Shown here: one piece after another, positions 48,222 through 57,953 of the stretch
Layout of the letters: each line of letters starts with the position of its first letter
Numbering within the stretch: the stretch's first letter is position 1
Source of the DNA: an uncultured Chloroflexia bacterium
Lineage (GTDB): Bacteria; Chloroflexota; Limnocylindria; Limnocylindrales; CSP1-4
Direction of reading: 5' to 3'
Assembly: GCA_963700555.1 (NCBI GenBank)
Contig: CAVOXZ010000019.1
Coordinates: forward strand, 210,408-274,407
DNA: 64,000 nt
Program-made: the position numbers and the translations under genes
The notes under the pieces: generated by a model
Database searches by the model: none
Seen by the model: only the letters and a program-made list of their open reading frames with translations
Told to the model about the DNA's origin: nothing

Positions 48222-49079
48222 TCAGGACGCCGGGAGCCAGGTCGCGGGCGGCGACATCCCGTCGAAGGCCGCCGGATCGATCAGCTCGGCCACGATCTCG
48301 ATGCCGTCGACGACCCGGGGGCCGGCAAGCACGAACGGACCGCCGTCGACGACGAAGGCGCGACCCGCCTGCACGGCGCGCAGGTCGTTCCACGCGGGCG
48401 GTCGCACCGTGGCCTCCCAGGCCCCCACGGCCTCGGTCAGCGGCAGGCCGCCCGGGAGCAGCACCAGGACCTCGGGGTCCATGTCGGCGACCGCCTCCCA
48501 CGTGGTGGCCTCGCCCGTGCCGCCCGCCTGCCCGAGCAGCTCCCAGCCGCCGGCCAGCCGCACCTGGTCCGGGATCCAGCGCCCCACCGTCCGCGGCGGG
48601 TCCACCGCCCCGAGCAGCACGACCCGCGGCGGGCGGAACCCGCCGTCACGGCGACCGAGCACGATGCGCTCCAGCTCCTGGAGCCGTTCGCGCAGGCCCT
48701 CCACGATCGCGAGGGCCTCGTCCTCCGTTTCGGTCATCGCCCCGATGCCGACGATGCCGTTGAGGACGCCCTCGACGGTCATCGGGGCGTGGGTCATCAC
48801 GCTCGGGACCACGTCGGCGTCCGCGAACGCCGCCTCCACCAGCCGGCCGGTCACGGACCCGTCCCGTCCGTCGCTCACGATGACGAGGTCCGGGTCCGCC
48901 TCCACCAGGGCGTCGGCGTTGAGCGCGTCGCCACCGCCCGAGCCCGCCTGCGTCAGCACCGCCGGCTCGCCGGCGACCGCGGGCACGTCGCAACGGTGGG
49001 TCACGCCCACCAGCTCATCCTCGAGACCGAGGGCGAGCAGGACCTCCGTGGCGTCGGGGAGGAGCGAGACGATGCGCAT
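48222..49079 (-). CDS. BtuF/TroA-like (cobalamin/siderophore-type) binding protein without a signal peptide
   Basis: MRIVSLLPDATEVLLALGLEDELVGVTH...PDLVIV...PRVVLL...W...EVLVLLP matches the class-III SBP pattern. No N-terminal hydrophobic segment is present. Confidence 0.65.
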   Translation of the reverse strand: MRIVSLLPDATEVLLALGLEDELVGVTHRCDVPAVAGEPAVLTQAGSGGGDALNADALVEADPDLVIVSDGRDGSVTGRLVEAAFADADVVPSVMTHAPMTVEGVLNGIVGIGAMTETEDEALAIVEGLRERLQELERIVLGRRDGGFRPPRVVLLGAVDPPRTVGRWIPDQVRLAGGWELLGQAGGTGEATTWEAVADMDPEVLVLLPGGLPLTEAVGAWEATVRPPAWNDLRAVQAGRAFVVDGGPFVLAGPRVVDGIEIVAELIDPAAFDGMSPPATWLPAS

Positions 49080-49132
49080 GGGGCCAGTCTACGAGGACCT
49101 GCCGGCGGGCCCGGCGCTGCGGACCGTGGCAC

Positions 49133-49162
49133 GCGAAACAGCCCCGCATCGCTGCGGGGCTG
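49133..49162 (-). terminator. intrinsic terminator downstream of fdxA
   Basis: The minus strand reads CAGCCCCGCA-GCGA-TGCGGGGCTG followed by TTTCGCG. This is a 10-bp perfect stem ~80 nt after the fdxA stop. Confidence 0.6.
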
Positions 49163-49241
49163 CTGGTGCGTGACGATGGCCACACGCCCGAGTCCGGGGC
49201 CGGAGCCTCCGGGTTGACGGGCGTCCGACGCAGGCGCCGCC

Positions 49242-49529
49242 TCAGGCGGGCTTGAGGGCGTCCATGGCGGCGCGGGCCGCGGCCTTGTCGGTGAACCACT
49301 GCGCCTCGATCGCGGTGTAGGCGGCCCACTCCGGAGGCAGGCTCTCCTCCGGGAAGATCGCGTTCACCGGGCACTCGGGCTCGCAGGCTCCGCAGTCGAT
49401 GCACTCGTTGGGATCGATGTAGAGCTTGCGGTCGGTTCCCTCGTCGTAGTGGATGCAGTCCACCGGACAGACGGACACGCAGGCGGTGTCCATGACGTCG
49501 ACGCAGGGCTCAGCGATGACGTACGTCAT
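49242..49529 (-). CDS. fdxA: 7Fe ferredoxin (3Fe-4S + 4Fe-4S)
   Basis: The product begins [26 protein letters not shown] and also contains [16 protein letters not shown]. The SD AGGAGAG lies upstream. Confidence 0.95.
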   Translation of the reverse strand: MTYVIAEPCVDVMDTACVSVCPVDCIHYDEGTDRKLYIDPNECIDCGACEPECPVNAIFPEESLPPEWAAYTAIEAQWFTDKAAARAAMDALKPA

Positions 49530-49668
49530 GTTTCTGAGGCTCTCCTGATGCTGTTGGTTGCGCGGCCAGGGCGCGCGGCGATCCACGCACCGGGGGCTAG
49601 CCTACACCCCCCGATCGGCATCTGGCGCGCAGCGGCGGCACGTCCGAGGCATGACCAATGGCCCGCGT

Positions 49669-50244
49669 TCAGCCCCCGGCAGGACCCGCCGGGAGGGGCG
49701 GCGTCGACGCGAGCGGCGTGCCGGCCTGGTCCACGAACCGGACGGGCACCACCATCCCCTTCGCCCAGTGCCCGGGGATGTGGCAGCCGACGAACCAGCC
49801 GCTGGGGTCGTCGGCCGCGTTGACCGGAACCGTCCAGGTGATGTCGAGCCGCTGGCCGGATTCCACGACCGCGCGGACCCCGTCGAACCCCGCCGGCTCG
49901 GGCACGGCGGGCGTCGGGCCCGGCGGCGGGTCCGCGAACGGCGCCTCGGCCGCCTCCCACGCAAGCTGCGTGTCCAGGTTGCCAAGGATGGCCTCGTGGA
50001 CCACCAGACCGCCGTTGACGACGTGGAGGATCACCGTCTCACCCGGGACGAGATCGACGATCGCGGGGGCGTAGGCGTAGTCGCGGGCGACGATGTTCAG
50101 CTCGCGCGGCGTGACGCTGGTCCCCGGGGTGATCGGCGGCGTGGCCTCGGCAGACCCGGCGTCGCAGGCGGTGCTGACCGCGGCCAGCACCCCGAGGCCG
50201 ACGAGACCGGCGACGACGGCTGCGGCGGACGTTGGACGATGCAT
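49669..50244 (-). CDS. auracyanin-like blue-copper (cupredoxin) lipoprotein
   Basis: Signal/lipobox: MHRPTSAAAVVAGLVGLGVLAAVSTAC. Type-1 Cu ligands: VVHEAIL (His) and GCHIPGHWAKGM (Cys-x4-His-x4-Met). Confidence 0.75.
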   Translation of the reverse strand: MHRPTSAAAVVAGLVGLGVLAAVSTACDAGSAEATPPITPGTSVTPRELNIVARDYAYAPAIVDLVPGETVILHVVNGGLVVHEAILGNLDTQLAWEAAEAPFADPPPGPTPAVPEPAGFDGVRAVVESGQRLDITWTVPVNAADDPSGWFVGCHIPGHWAKGMVVPVRFVDQAGTPLASTPPLPAGPAGG

Positions 50245-50422
50245 CGGCCAATGATGCGGGACATCGCGGAATCGCCTCCGCCGGCCACCGTGTGACGCAT
50301 CGCGTCTTGACATGGCCGTCGCGCGACCCTACGGTCCCCACACTCCGCGGCTGGTGGGGAGATCGCCAGCCGCGAATGCCGTCGAGCCGACCCTGCCTGC
50401 CCCAGAGGAGCCCGGACGTCGC

Positions 50423-51544
50423 GTGACCAGCGCGCCCCCTGATCCGCCCGAACTCAGGGCGTCTGCCGCCGCCTCCGAGCGTGGCGCCGAAACGGCCGTG
50501 CGGCTCGAGGGAGTCGTCAAGCGCTACGGCGACGTGACCGCCGTGGCCGGGATCGATCTCGACATCGCCGATGGCGAGTTCTTCTCGATGCTCGGGCCGT
50601 CGGGCTCGGGGAAGACGACGACGCTGCGCATGATCGCGGGCTTCGAGCTGCCGACCGCGGGCCGGATCCTGCTCCACGGCGAGGACGTCTCCCGGCTCGC
50701 TCCCTTCGAGCGCGACGTCAACACCGTGTTCCAGGACTACGCGCTGTTCCCGCACATGTCGGTCGGCGACAACGTCGCGTACGGCCTCGTCGTCCGCAAG
50801 GTGCCCCGCGACGAGCGCGGCCGTCGCGTCGCCGATGCGCTGCGCATGGTCCGCCTCGAGGGCTACGAGGCGCGCCGGCCCGGCCAGCTCTCCGGCGGCC
50901 AGCGGCAGCGGGTGGCGCTGGCCCGGGCGCTCGTCAACCGGCCACGCGTGCTGCTGCTCGACGAACCGCTGGGCGCGCTGGATCTCAAGCTCCGCCAGGA
51001 GATGCAGATCGAGCTCAAGCAGATCCAGGAGGAGGTCGGGATCACCTTCATCTACGTGACCCACGACCAGGAGGAGGCGCTCACGATGAGCGACCGGATC
51101 GCCGTGTTCCATCACGGGCTGGTCGAGCAGGTGGGTGACCCCGCGGAGGTGTACGAGCACCCGGCGACCCGGTTCGTGGCCGGGTTCGTGGGCACGTCCA
51201 ACCTGCTCACGGGCAGGGCCGCCCGGGCGCTGGTCGGCCATGACGGCACGTTCACCGTGCGCCCCGAGAAGATCCACCTCAACGCGCCGGGAACCCCGGC
51301 CGGAGAGGACGAGGTCGAGGCCGACGGCAGGATCCGCGAGGTCGTCTACATCGGACCCGACACCCGCTACCTGGTGACGCTCGACGCCGGTGCGGAGCTC
51401 ATCGTCATGCAACAGAACCTGGCGACGACCTCGACCGAGGCGCTCGCCCTGCAGGGCCGGCCCGTCCGGCTCCACTGGAAGCGGCAGCACTGCCTCCCCG
51501 TCGTGGACGGGGAGTTGCCTGCGGAGGAGGAACAGCACGCATGA
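50423..51544 (+). CDS. potA: polyamine (spermidine/putrescine)-type ABC transporter ATPase (start approximate)
   Basis: GPSGSGKTT (Walker A), LSGGQRQRVALARAL, LLLDEPLGALD and the C-terminal TOBE-like domain are present. Confidence 0.85.
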   Translation: MTSAPPDPPELRASAAASERGAETAVRLEGVVKRYGDVTAVAGIDLDIADGEFFSMLGPSGSGKTTTLRMIAGFELPTAGRILLHGEDVSRLAPFERDVNTVFQDYALFPHMSVGDNVAYGLVVRKVPRDERGRRVADALRMVRLEGYEARRPGQLSGGQRQRVALARALVNRPRVLLLDEPLGALDLKLRQEMQIELKQIQEEVGITFIYVTHDQEEALTMSDRIAVFHHGLVEQVGDPAEVYEHPATRFVAGFVGTSNLLTGRAARALVGHDGTFTVRPEKIHLNAPGTPAGEDEVEADGRIREVVYIGPDTRYLVTLDAGAELIVMQQNLATTSTEALALQGRPVRLHWKRQHCLPVVDGELPAEEEQHA

Positions 51545-52716
51545 GGAATCGGAGGATCCTGTCCCTGGTGGGGGCCGTGGCACTGGTCGCCGCGGCCTGC
51601 GGCGGGGGCGCGTCCGGCTCTCCGGCACCCAGCCTGCCCCAGTCCATCGGAGATGGGGAAGGGGAGCTGAACCTGGTCGTCTGGGCCGGCTACGCGGAGC
51701 GTGGTGAGGTTGACCCAGCGTTCGATTGGGTGACCCCGTTCGAGACGGCCACCGGCTGCAAGGTCAACGCGACGGCGATGACGGACTCCAACAACGGCGT
51801 CTCGCTGATGCAGTCCGGCGACTACGACGGCATCTCGGCCTCGGGCGACGCCACGACCCGGCTGATCGCGGGCGGCACCGTCGCCCCGGTCAACACCGCG
51901 CTGTTCAAGAACTACGCCAACGTGTTCGAGGGCCTCAAGGACCTGCCCCACAACACGGTCGACGGCGTGAACTACGGGGTGCCGCACGGTCGCGGTCCCA
52001 ACCTGCTCGCCTACAACACCGAGGCGGTGAGCACGGCGCCGACCACGTGGGACGTCGTCTGGGAGGGCGGCGCGGACTACAAGGGCAAGATCAGCGTCTA
52101 CGACTCCTCGATCTACATCGCGGACGCGGCGCTGCACCTGATGACCAAGCAGCCCGACCTGGGCATCAAGGACCCCTACCAGCTGACCACGGCGCAGCTC
52201 GACGCCGCGGTCAAGCTCCTCGAGCAGCAGCGTGACAACGGTGCCACGTACTGGGGCACTTTCAGCGACCAGGTGTCGCAGTTCGGCTCGGGTGACGTCG
52301 TGGTGGGCACCACCTGGCAGTTCCAGGTCAACCTGCTCAAGGGCGAGAGCCAGCCGATCGAGGGCATCCTCCCCGACGAGGGTTCAACGGGCTGGTCCGA
52401 CACCTGGATGATCGCCAGCAAGGCCAAGCACCCCAACTGCATGCTGCTGTGGATGGACCACATGATGTCGGCAGAGGCCAACGGCCAGGCGACCGTGTGG
52501 TTCGGCGAGGCGCCGACGAGCCCGCAGGCCTGCGAGTACGCCGAGGGCATCTCGCCCGGCCACTGCGAGCTGACCCATGCCACCGACGAGGCCTACTACG
52601 ACAAGATCTGGTACTGGAGCACGCCGCAGGCCGACTGCGCCGATGCCGACAGCGCCACCGCGTGCGTGACCCAGGACGACTGGGTGGCCGCGTGGACCAA
52701 GCTCCGCGGCTCGTGA
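51541..52716 (+). CDS. potD: PotD/PotF-family periplasmic binding lipoprotein
   Basis: Lipobox: LVGAVALVAAAC. The type-2 SBP pattern is LNLVVWAGY...PF...GCKVN...D...W. The ATG overlaps the potA stop. Confidence 0.8.
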   Translation: MRNRRILSLVGAVALVAAACGGGASGSPAPSLPQSIGDGEGELNLVVWAGYAERGEVDPAFDWVTPFETATGCKVNATAMTDSNNGVSLMQSGDYDGISASGDATTRLIAGGTVAPVNTALFKNYANVFEGLKDLPHNTVDGVNYGVPHGRGPNLLAYNTEAVSTAPTTWDVVWEGGADYKGKISVYDSSIYIADAALHLMTKQPDLGIKDPYQLTTAQLDAAVKLLEQQRDNGATYWGTFSDQVSQFGSGDVVVGTTWQFQVNLLKGESQPIEGILPDEGSTGWSDTWMIASKAKHPNCMLLWMDHMMSAEANGQATVWFGEAPTSPQACEYAEGISPGHCELTHATDEAYYDKIWYWSTPQADCADADSATACVTQDDWVAAWTKLRGS

Positions 52717-52809
52717 TCCGGGCTCGCTCCTGACACCGCACCCGCTCGAGGGGCCGACCGGCCGGATGCCGGCGGCCCCTCCATCCCCCGGACGAGCTTC
52801 CGCCACCCG

Positions 52810-53742
52810 ATGACCACCCCCACGACCCCAGCCGCCGACCCGGCCCCGAGCGACGCGCTGCCGTCGGCAAGGCGCTCTCCGCTGCGGCGGATCTCCGCCT
52901 GGCTCCACCCGCGCAAGCGGCTCAAGGTGGGCCTGCTGCTCGCCACGCCGCTGGGCTGGCTGGTCATCGCCTACCTGGGATCGCTGTTCATCCTCCTGCT
53001 CAACGCGTTCTGGGAGAAGGACACGTTCACGGGCCAGGTGATCCCGTTCGCATGGTCGCTCGACGCGTTCGTCACGCTGTTCTCCGAGGAGGTGTACCGG
53101 ACGGTCGCGATGCGGACCCTGGGCATGGCGCTCCTGGTCACGGCCACGGACATCGTCCTCGCCTTTCCCATCGCCTACTACATGGCCCGGATCGCCTCGC
53201 CCCGGACCCGCGGGCTGCTGGTGATCGCGGTGCTGATGCCGCTCTGGGCCGCATACCTGGTCAAGGTCTACGCGTGGCGCACCATCCTCCAGGGCAACGG
53301 CCTCGCGGGGTGGCTGGTCGCGCCGCTGGGGCTGCCGGCACCGGGCCTGGACGAGATCGCCAACTCGTGGCTGGTGTTCTCCTATCTCTGGCTGCCGTAC
53401 ATGATCATGCCGATCTACGCCGGTCTGGAGCGGATCCCTCGCTCGCTGCTGGAGGCCTCGTCCGACCTCGGCGGGCGGGCCGGCACCACCTTCCGCCGGG
53501 TGATCCTGCCGCTCTCATTGCCGGCCGTCGTCGCCGGGTCGCTGTTCACCTTCAGCCTCACGATGGGTGACTACATCACGCCCGACCTCGTGTCCGATGC
53601 CAAGTTCGTCGGCAACGTCATCTACGACAACTCGAGCCTGGGCAACCTCCCGCTCGCGGCCGCGTACTCGCTGCTGCCGATCGTGGTCATGACCGGCTAC
53701 CTCCTGGTGGCGCGCCGGCTGGGCGCGTTCGAGTCGCTCTGA
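52810..53742 (+). CDS. potB: ABC transporter permease (PotB-like)
   Basis: Intact 310 aa with 6 TM helices and the EAA loop LLEASSDLGGRAGTTFRRVILPL. Confidence 0.85.
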   Translation: MTTPTTPAADPAPSDALPSARRSPLRRISAWLHPRKRLKVGLLLATPLGWLVIAYLGSLFILLLNAFWEKDTFTGQVIPFAWSLDAFVTLFSEEVYRTVAMRTLGMALLVTATDIVLAFPIAYYMARIASPRTRGLLVIAVLMPLWAAYLVKVYAWRTILQGNGLAGWLVAPLGLPAPGLDEIANSWLVFSYLWLPYMIMPIYAGLERIPRSLLEASSDLGGRAGTTFRRVILPLSLPAVVAGSLFTFSLTMGDYITPDLVSDAKFVGNVIYDNSSLGNLPLAAAYSLLPIVVMTGYLLVARRLGAFESL

Positions 53743-53752
53743 GGCCGCGTCG

Positions 53753-54556
53753 ATGATCGAACCCCGTGGCGTGCGCATCCTGCTCCGGCTGGCGAGCGCG
53801 GCAGTGCTCGCCTTCCTGTACCTGCCGCTGGTCGTCCTCGCGATCTACGCCTTCAATCCCAGCCGCCTGCAGGTGTGGCCGCCGACCGGGTTCACCCTCG
53901 CCTGGTTCGGCGAGGCGCTCGCCAACGGCGCCCTGATCACCGCCGTCGTCAACTCGTTCCTGGTCGCCCTGTTCGCCACGACCGTCGCGCTCGTGATGGG
54001 CACCCTCGCGGCGCTCGCGGTCCAGCGGTACGACTTCTTCGGGCGCCAGACGATCTCCTTCTTCCTCGTGCTGCCGATCGCCCTGCCCGGCGTGGTCACC
54101 GGCATCGCGCTGCGGACCTCGTTCGTCACCCTGGAGATCGAGTTCGGGCTGCTCACGATCGTGATCGGCCACGCCACGTTCTGCGTGGTCATCGCCTACA
54201 ACAACGTCATCGCCCGCCTCCGGCGCATGCCGAGGTCTCCCGAGGAAGCCTCCGCGGATCTTGGCGCGGACACGTTCGCCACGTTCCGACGGGTCACCCT
54301 GCCGGGCATGGGCACGGCGCTGCTGTCCGGCGGCCTGCTGGCGTTCGGCCTCTCGTTCGACGAGATCATCGTCACCAACTTCACCGCGGGCGCGGGCACC
54401 CAGACGATCCCGATGTGGATCCTGGCCGCGATCCAGCGCCCGACCGAGCTCCCGGTCGTCAACGTCGTCGCGCTGGTCCTGGTGATCGCCAGCGTGATCC
54501 CGGTGTGGCTCGCGTCCCGGATCTCGTCCGACGGCGGCTCGCTGGGGCGCGGCTGA
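53753..54556 (+). CDS. potC: ABC transporter permease (PotC-like)
   Basis: Intact 267 aa with the EAA loop PEEASADLGADTFATFRRVTLP. Confidence 0.85.
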   Translation: MIEPRGVRILLRLASAAVLAFLYLPLVVLAIYAFNPSRLQVWPPTGFTLAWFGEALANGALITAVVNSFLVALFATTVALVMGTLAALAVQRYDFFGRQTISFFLVLPIALPGVVTGIALRTSFVTLEIEFGLLTIVIGHATFCVVIAYNNVIARLRRMPRSPEEASADLGADTFATFRRVTLPGMGTALLSGGLLAFGLSFDEIIVTNFTAGAGTQTIPMWILAAIQRPTELPVVNVVALVLVIASVIPVWLASRISSDGGSLGRG

Positions 54557-54604
54557 GCTACCAGCGCCGCGCGTACCCGCCGGGTCCTTCGCCGGCCGCC
54601 ACGG

Positions 54605-54706
54605 TCACCATCGCTTGGCCCCTTCCATGATCAGCGCCATCGCCGGCAACAGGGCCGACATCGCGGGCAGCGCGCGCACGACCGCGCCAGTCGCCTTCCT
54701 GAGCAC
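54605..54706 (-). CDS. candidate 33-aa membrane micro-protein (GAKRW C-terminus), copy 2
   Basis: The SD GGAGGAG (54718-54712) lies 5 nt before the GTG. The sequence is (M)LRKATGAVVRALPAMSALLPAMALIMEGAKRW and ends with TGA. It shares the ML(K/R) start, a central RA, a hydrophobic helix and the terminal GAKRW with the ORF at 44443-44538. Confidence 0.45.
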   Translation of the reverse strand: MLRKATGAVVRALPAMSALLPAMALIMEGAKRW

Positions 54707-54913
54707 TGAGACTCCTCCTTCGCTCGGCTCACGGACGGGGTTGCCCGATGAGCCAGAACCGGAGTCTGGCCGACGCCGCTTATCTGCCACTTATGTGCGG
54801 GGAGGCCGGTCCGCCCTTGGGCGCCTGGGCGCGCCTGGGCGTGTCTCGACGTGCCTCATCGCGGGACCTTTCCTTGACTGAGACACTTCGGCCTTCCAGC
54901 GCATCTACCTTGC

Positions 54914-55459
54914 GTGACAGACGTGGCCCTCCGAGACGTCCCCGCCGCATTCGAGACCGTCGGCCTGGCGGCTGGCGGGGATGAGGCCGCCTTCGCTCGC
55001 CTCGTTGCCGAGCATCACGCATCCATGATCCGGGTGGCCTACGCGATCACCGGTGACGCCGAGGCAGCCGGCGACGCGGCGCAAGGCGCATGGACGATCG
55101 CATGGCGACGCCTGCACACGCTCCGGAACCGGGACCAGGTCCGGGCCTGGCTCGTGGCGATTGCCGCCAACGAGGCCCGCCAGGCCGTGCGGAAGCGCGG
55201 CCGGTGGAGCGTCGTGGACATCAGCGAGACCCTGGACGCCGCGCCGGGGGCTGACCCCGTGGACCGGATCGGCAGCGTGGACCTCGGCCGCGCCCTAGCG
55301 CGGCTCAAGCCCGACGACCGCACGCTCCTCGCGCTCCGGTTCGTCGCCGGTCTCGACTCCACCGAGATCGCCGCCCAACTGGGCCTCTCCCCCTCCGGCG
55401 TGCGCAGTCGCCTCGCCCGACTCATCGAGCGTCTCAGAAGGGAGCTCGACCATGCCTGA
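54914..55459 (+). CDS. ECF (sigma-70 family group 4) RNA polymerase sigma factor
   Basis: Region 2 reads FARLVAEHHASMIRVAYAITGDAEAAGDAAQGAWTIAW. Region 4 reads DRTLLALRFVAGLDSTEIAAQLGLSPSGVRSRLARL. The start is GTG. Confidence 0.9.
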   Translation: MTDVALRDVPAAFETVGLAAGGDEAAFARLVAEHHASMIRVAYAITGDAEAAGDAAQGAWTIAWRRLHTLRNRDQVRAWLVAIAANEARQAVRKRGRWSVVDISETLDAAPGADPVDRIGSVDLGRALARLKPDDRTLLALRFVAGLDSTEIAAQLGLSPSGVRSRLARLIERLRRELDHA

Positions 55460-56831
55460 CCCGACGACCTTCGAAGGTCGGCTCCCCGACGCGTTCGAGC
55501 GGTACACCGCCGCTGTCCCGGTCTCGGTGGATGCGACCGCGTATGCCCACGCCATCGTCCTTGGTACCCGCCGCAGCCGGCTGGCGCTGCCGCGCCTTGC
55601 GCCCCGGTTCGGCCCTGTCCGGCTCGCGCTGGTGCTCGGCCTGTTGGCCCTCGCGACCGCCGCCGGCCTCCTGTTCGCGGGCGGACTGGTGACCTCCGAG
55701 CCGGCGCCGCTGGGCGTAGGCGGCCGGATCCTCGCGTGGGTCCCCTGGGGTACGGGTTCCGGACAGGCCGTCCTCGTGGGCGCGGACGGCGCGGTCCGTG
55801 CGTCCAGGGAGTTCGCGGGCTACCCGGCTCTCCGCGGCTGCCCCAGGCTCCTCGGCAGCGCTGATGCGATGGCCGTTCCAGGGTTTGGCTCGCTCAGCTT
55901 CGTCGGGTTCACCGGGGACCCGGTCAGCCGGGTGCTCACCGGGTACGCGGGGTTCGAGAGATGGTCGCCCGACAACCGCGCGCTGGCTGCAGTCGACGTG
56001 GAGAACGGCCCGGCGACCGTGGTCACCTTCCCCGGCGGCGACGTCGCGAACCCGGTGCGCACCGCCTATCCCGTCAAGGGCGCCCTATACGGCTCCTTCT
56101 CGCCGGATGGCTCCCGCCTGATCATCGCAGTCGGAGTGGGCACATCAGAGGTCGCGTTGCACCTGCTCGAGGACGGCACCGACACCATCCTCGCGACGAT
56201 CCCAACCCTCGACGCGCAGCAGACGGCGTCGACGATCACCTGGGCGGCGGATGGATCCGGCGTCGTCGCCGCGACGGGCAACGCCGACAGCTCGGGTCTG
56301 ACGGTGATTGGCCTCGACGGGAGCGTGCAGCAACTCGCCTTCAACGGGGCCTTCGCACCCGGGACGCATCTCCAGCCGATGACCTACGGTGGTGGCATCT
56401 ACGTCATCGCACACACGGATCAGGGCGAGGTCTGGGAGCTGGACATCATGCGCGACAGTGCGCATGACACCGGGGTCCGGCTGCCGGAGGGCGTGGTCCA
56501 GGATGCCCGCCTGTCCCGCACAGGCTACGGCGTGGCAATGATCAGCGGGACGACGGTCAGGATCCACTGGTTCGACCGGGAGTCGCAGGACCGCATCGTC
56601 GAGCTGCCGGGCGTTGCAGCCGCCTTCTCGCCTGATGGAGCGATGATCGTGAGCATCAGCGCCGACACGGACCAGCCCGGGCAGCCCGGGGCGGCCGCCA
56701 CCTTGTGGATCACGGATCCCTGGGCGGACCTCCCGGCGCAGCCGATCTCCACTGTGCCCGTGGCGTTCCTCCAGCCCGCCTGGCAGGCGTTCGACTACTG
56801 CATCCAGTGGCTCCCGGAGGTCCAGCCGTGA
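55452..56831 (+). CDS. single-pass membrane protein with an extracytoplasmic PD40/TolB-like beta-propeller; putative anti-sigma factor
   Basis: The start overlaps the sigma-gene stop. A ~55-aa cytoplasmic N-tail precedes the TM helix LALVLGLLALATAAGLLFAGG. Repeated (W/F)SPDG-type blades follow (WSPDNRALA, FSPDGSRLII, WAADGSGVVA, FSPDGAMIVS). There is no zinc-binding HxxxCxxC motif. Confidence 0.6.
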   Translation: MPDPTTFEGRLPDAFERYTAAVPVSVDATAYAHAIVLGTRRSRLALPRLAPRFGPVRLALVLGLLALATAAGLLFAGGLVTSEPAPLGVGGRILAWVPWGTGSGQAVLVGADGAVRASREFAGYPALRGCPRLLGSADAMAVPGFGSLSFVGFTGDPVSRVLTGYAGFERWSPDNRALAAVDVENGPATVVTFPGGDVANPVRTAYPVKGALYGSFSPDGSRLIIAVGVGTSEVALHLLEDGTDTILATIPTLDAQQTASTITWAADGSGVVAATGNADSSGLTVIGLDGSVQQLAFNGAFAPGTHLQPMTYGGGIYVIAHTDQGEVWELDIMRDSAHDTGVRLPEGVVQDARLSRTGYGVAMISGTTVRIHWFDRESQDRIVELPGVAAAFSPDGAMIVSISADTDQPGQPGAAATLWITDPWADLPAQPISTVPVAFLQPAWQAFDYCIQWLPEVQP

Positions 56832-57953
56832 AACGTCCTGTGCTCGTGCTCGCTACCGCGCTCGTCCTCGCCGGCTGTGCCGGGGCCTCGGGCACCACGC
56901 CCGCGCCACCCGATCCGACGCCCGTCGTCACGTCACCTTCCGCGACCCCCGCGCCCACCCCGACGGCCACCGCCGCGCCGGACCTCGAGTCCGAGATCGA
57001 CAGCCTGCTCGGGACCGAGTTCAACGGCGCGGCCCTCATCGCGAAGGACGGCAAGGTCCTCTACGCGAAGGGGATTGGCATGGCTGACAACGCCGACCGA
57101 AATCGCGAACACCCCGGAGACGCGATTCCGCATCGGCTCGATGACGAAGCAGTTCACGGCCATGGCGATCCTGATCCTGGAGTCCCGCGGGTTCGTCAAG
57201 CAGGGCGATCCAGTGTGCGACTACCTGGACCGCTGCCCCAAGGGCTGGAGGACGGTCAGGATCGAACACCTCCTCGACCACACGTCGGGGATCGCGGACT
57301 TCACCGAGCTGGCGGGCTTCGATGGCATGAAGGCGGCGACTCCAGCCCAGACCGTGGCGGGGGTTGCCGGCATCCCGCTGACGTGGGTACCCGGCGAGTC
57401 CTTCAGCTACACGAACACGGGGTACGTGCTGCTCGGGATGGTGATCGAGGGCGTGTCCGGCAAGACATACGAGGCGTTCCTCCACGACGAGATCTTCGGA
57501 CCGCTCGGCATGAAGGACTCCGGGTACGAGCACGGCGACACGGCGGGGCTCGCCGTCGGTTATGCCGACGGCTTCAACGAGGCCGAGCCCCTCGACATGT
57601 CCGTGCCGTACGCCGCGGGCGGCCTCTTCTCCACGGTCCTCGATCTCGAGAGGTGGGAGGAGGCGCTCTACACGGACAAGCTTGCACCCGCCGCGGACAT
57701 GACCCGGTTCTTCGCCCCGCTCACGGACTCCACCGACCGTATCGGCTTCGGATATGGGTATGGCCAGTACGTCGGGGACGAACGCGGTTCGCGGCTCGTC
57801 TGGCACGACGGTGGGATCAACGGCTTCTACACCCAGCTCTCGCGGTACCCGGATGACCACACGACCGTCGTCCTGTTGACGAATCGCGAGTCGTCGCCCG
57901 ACCTAGCCGTGCTCGCGCGCGGGTTGGCCCGGACCGTCCGCGAGGGCACCTGA
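56828..57953 (+). CDS. serine hydrolase of the beta-lactamase (class C/PBP-like) family, lipoprotein; frame broken once near nt 57095
   Basis: The GTG overlaps the upstream stop. Lipobox: LATALVLAGC. After the shift it reads RFRIGSMTKQFTAMAIL (the SxxK motif), then YTNTGY and WHDGGINGF. The length is 3n+1. Confidence 0.85.

Noticed and set aside
54840-54913. An ECF-type autoregulated promoter upstream of the sigma factor gene (TTGACT at 54875-54880; GCGCCTGGG x2 at 54821-54838).
   Set aside because: I could not pair the -35-like element with a convincing -10 (no CGTC/TAnnnT at 16-18 nt), so no promoter is reported.
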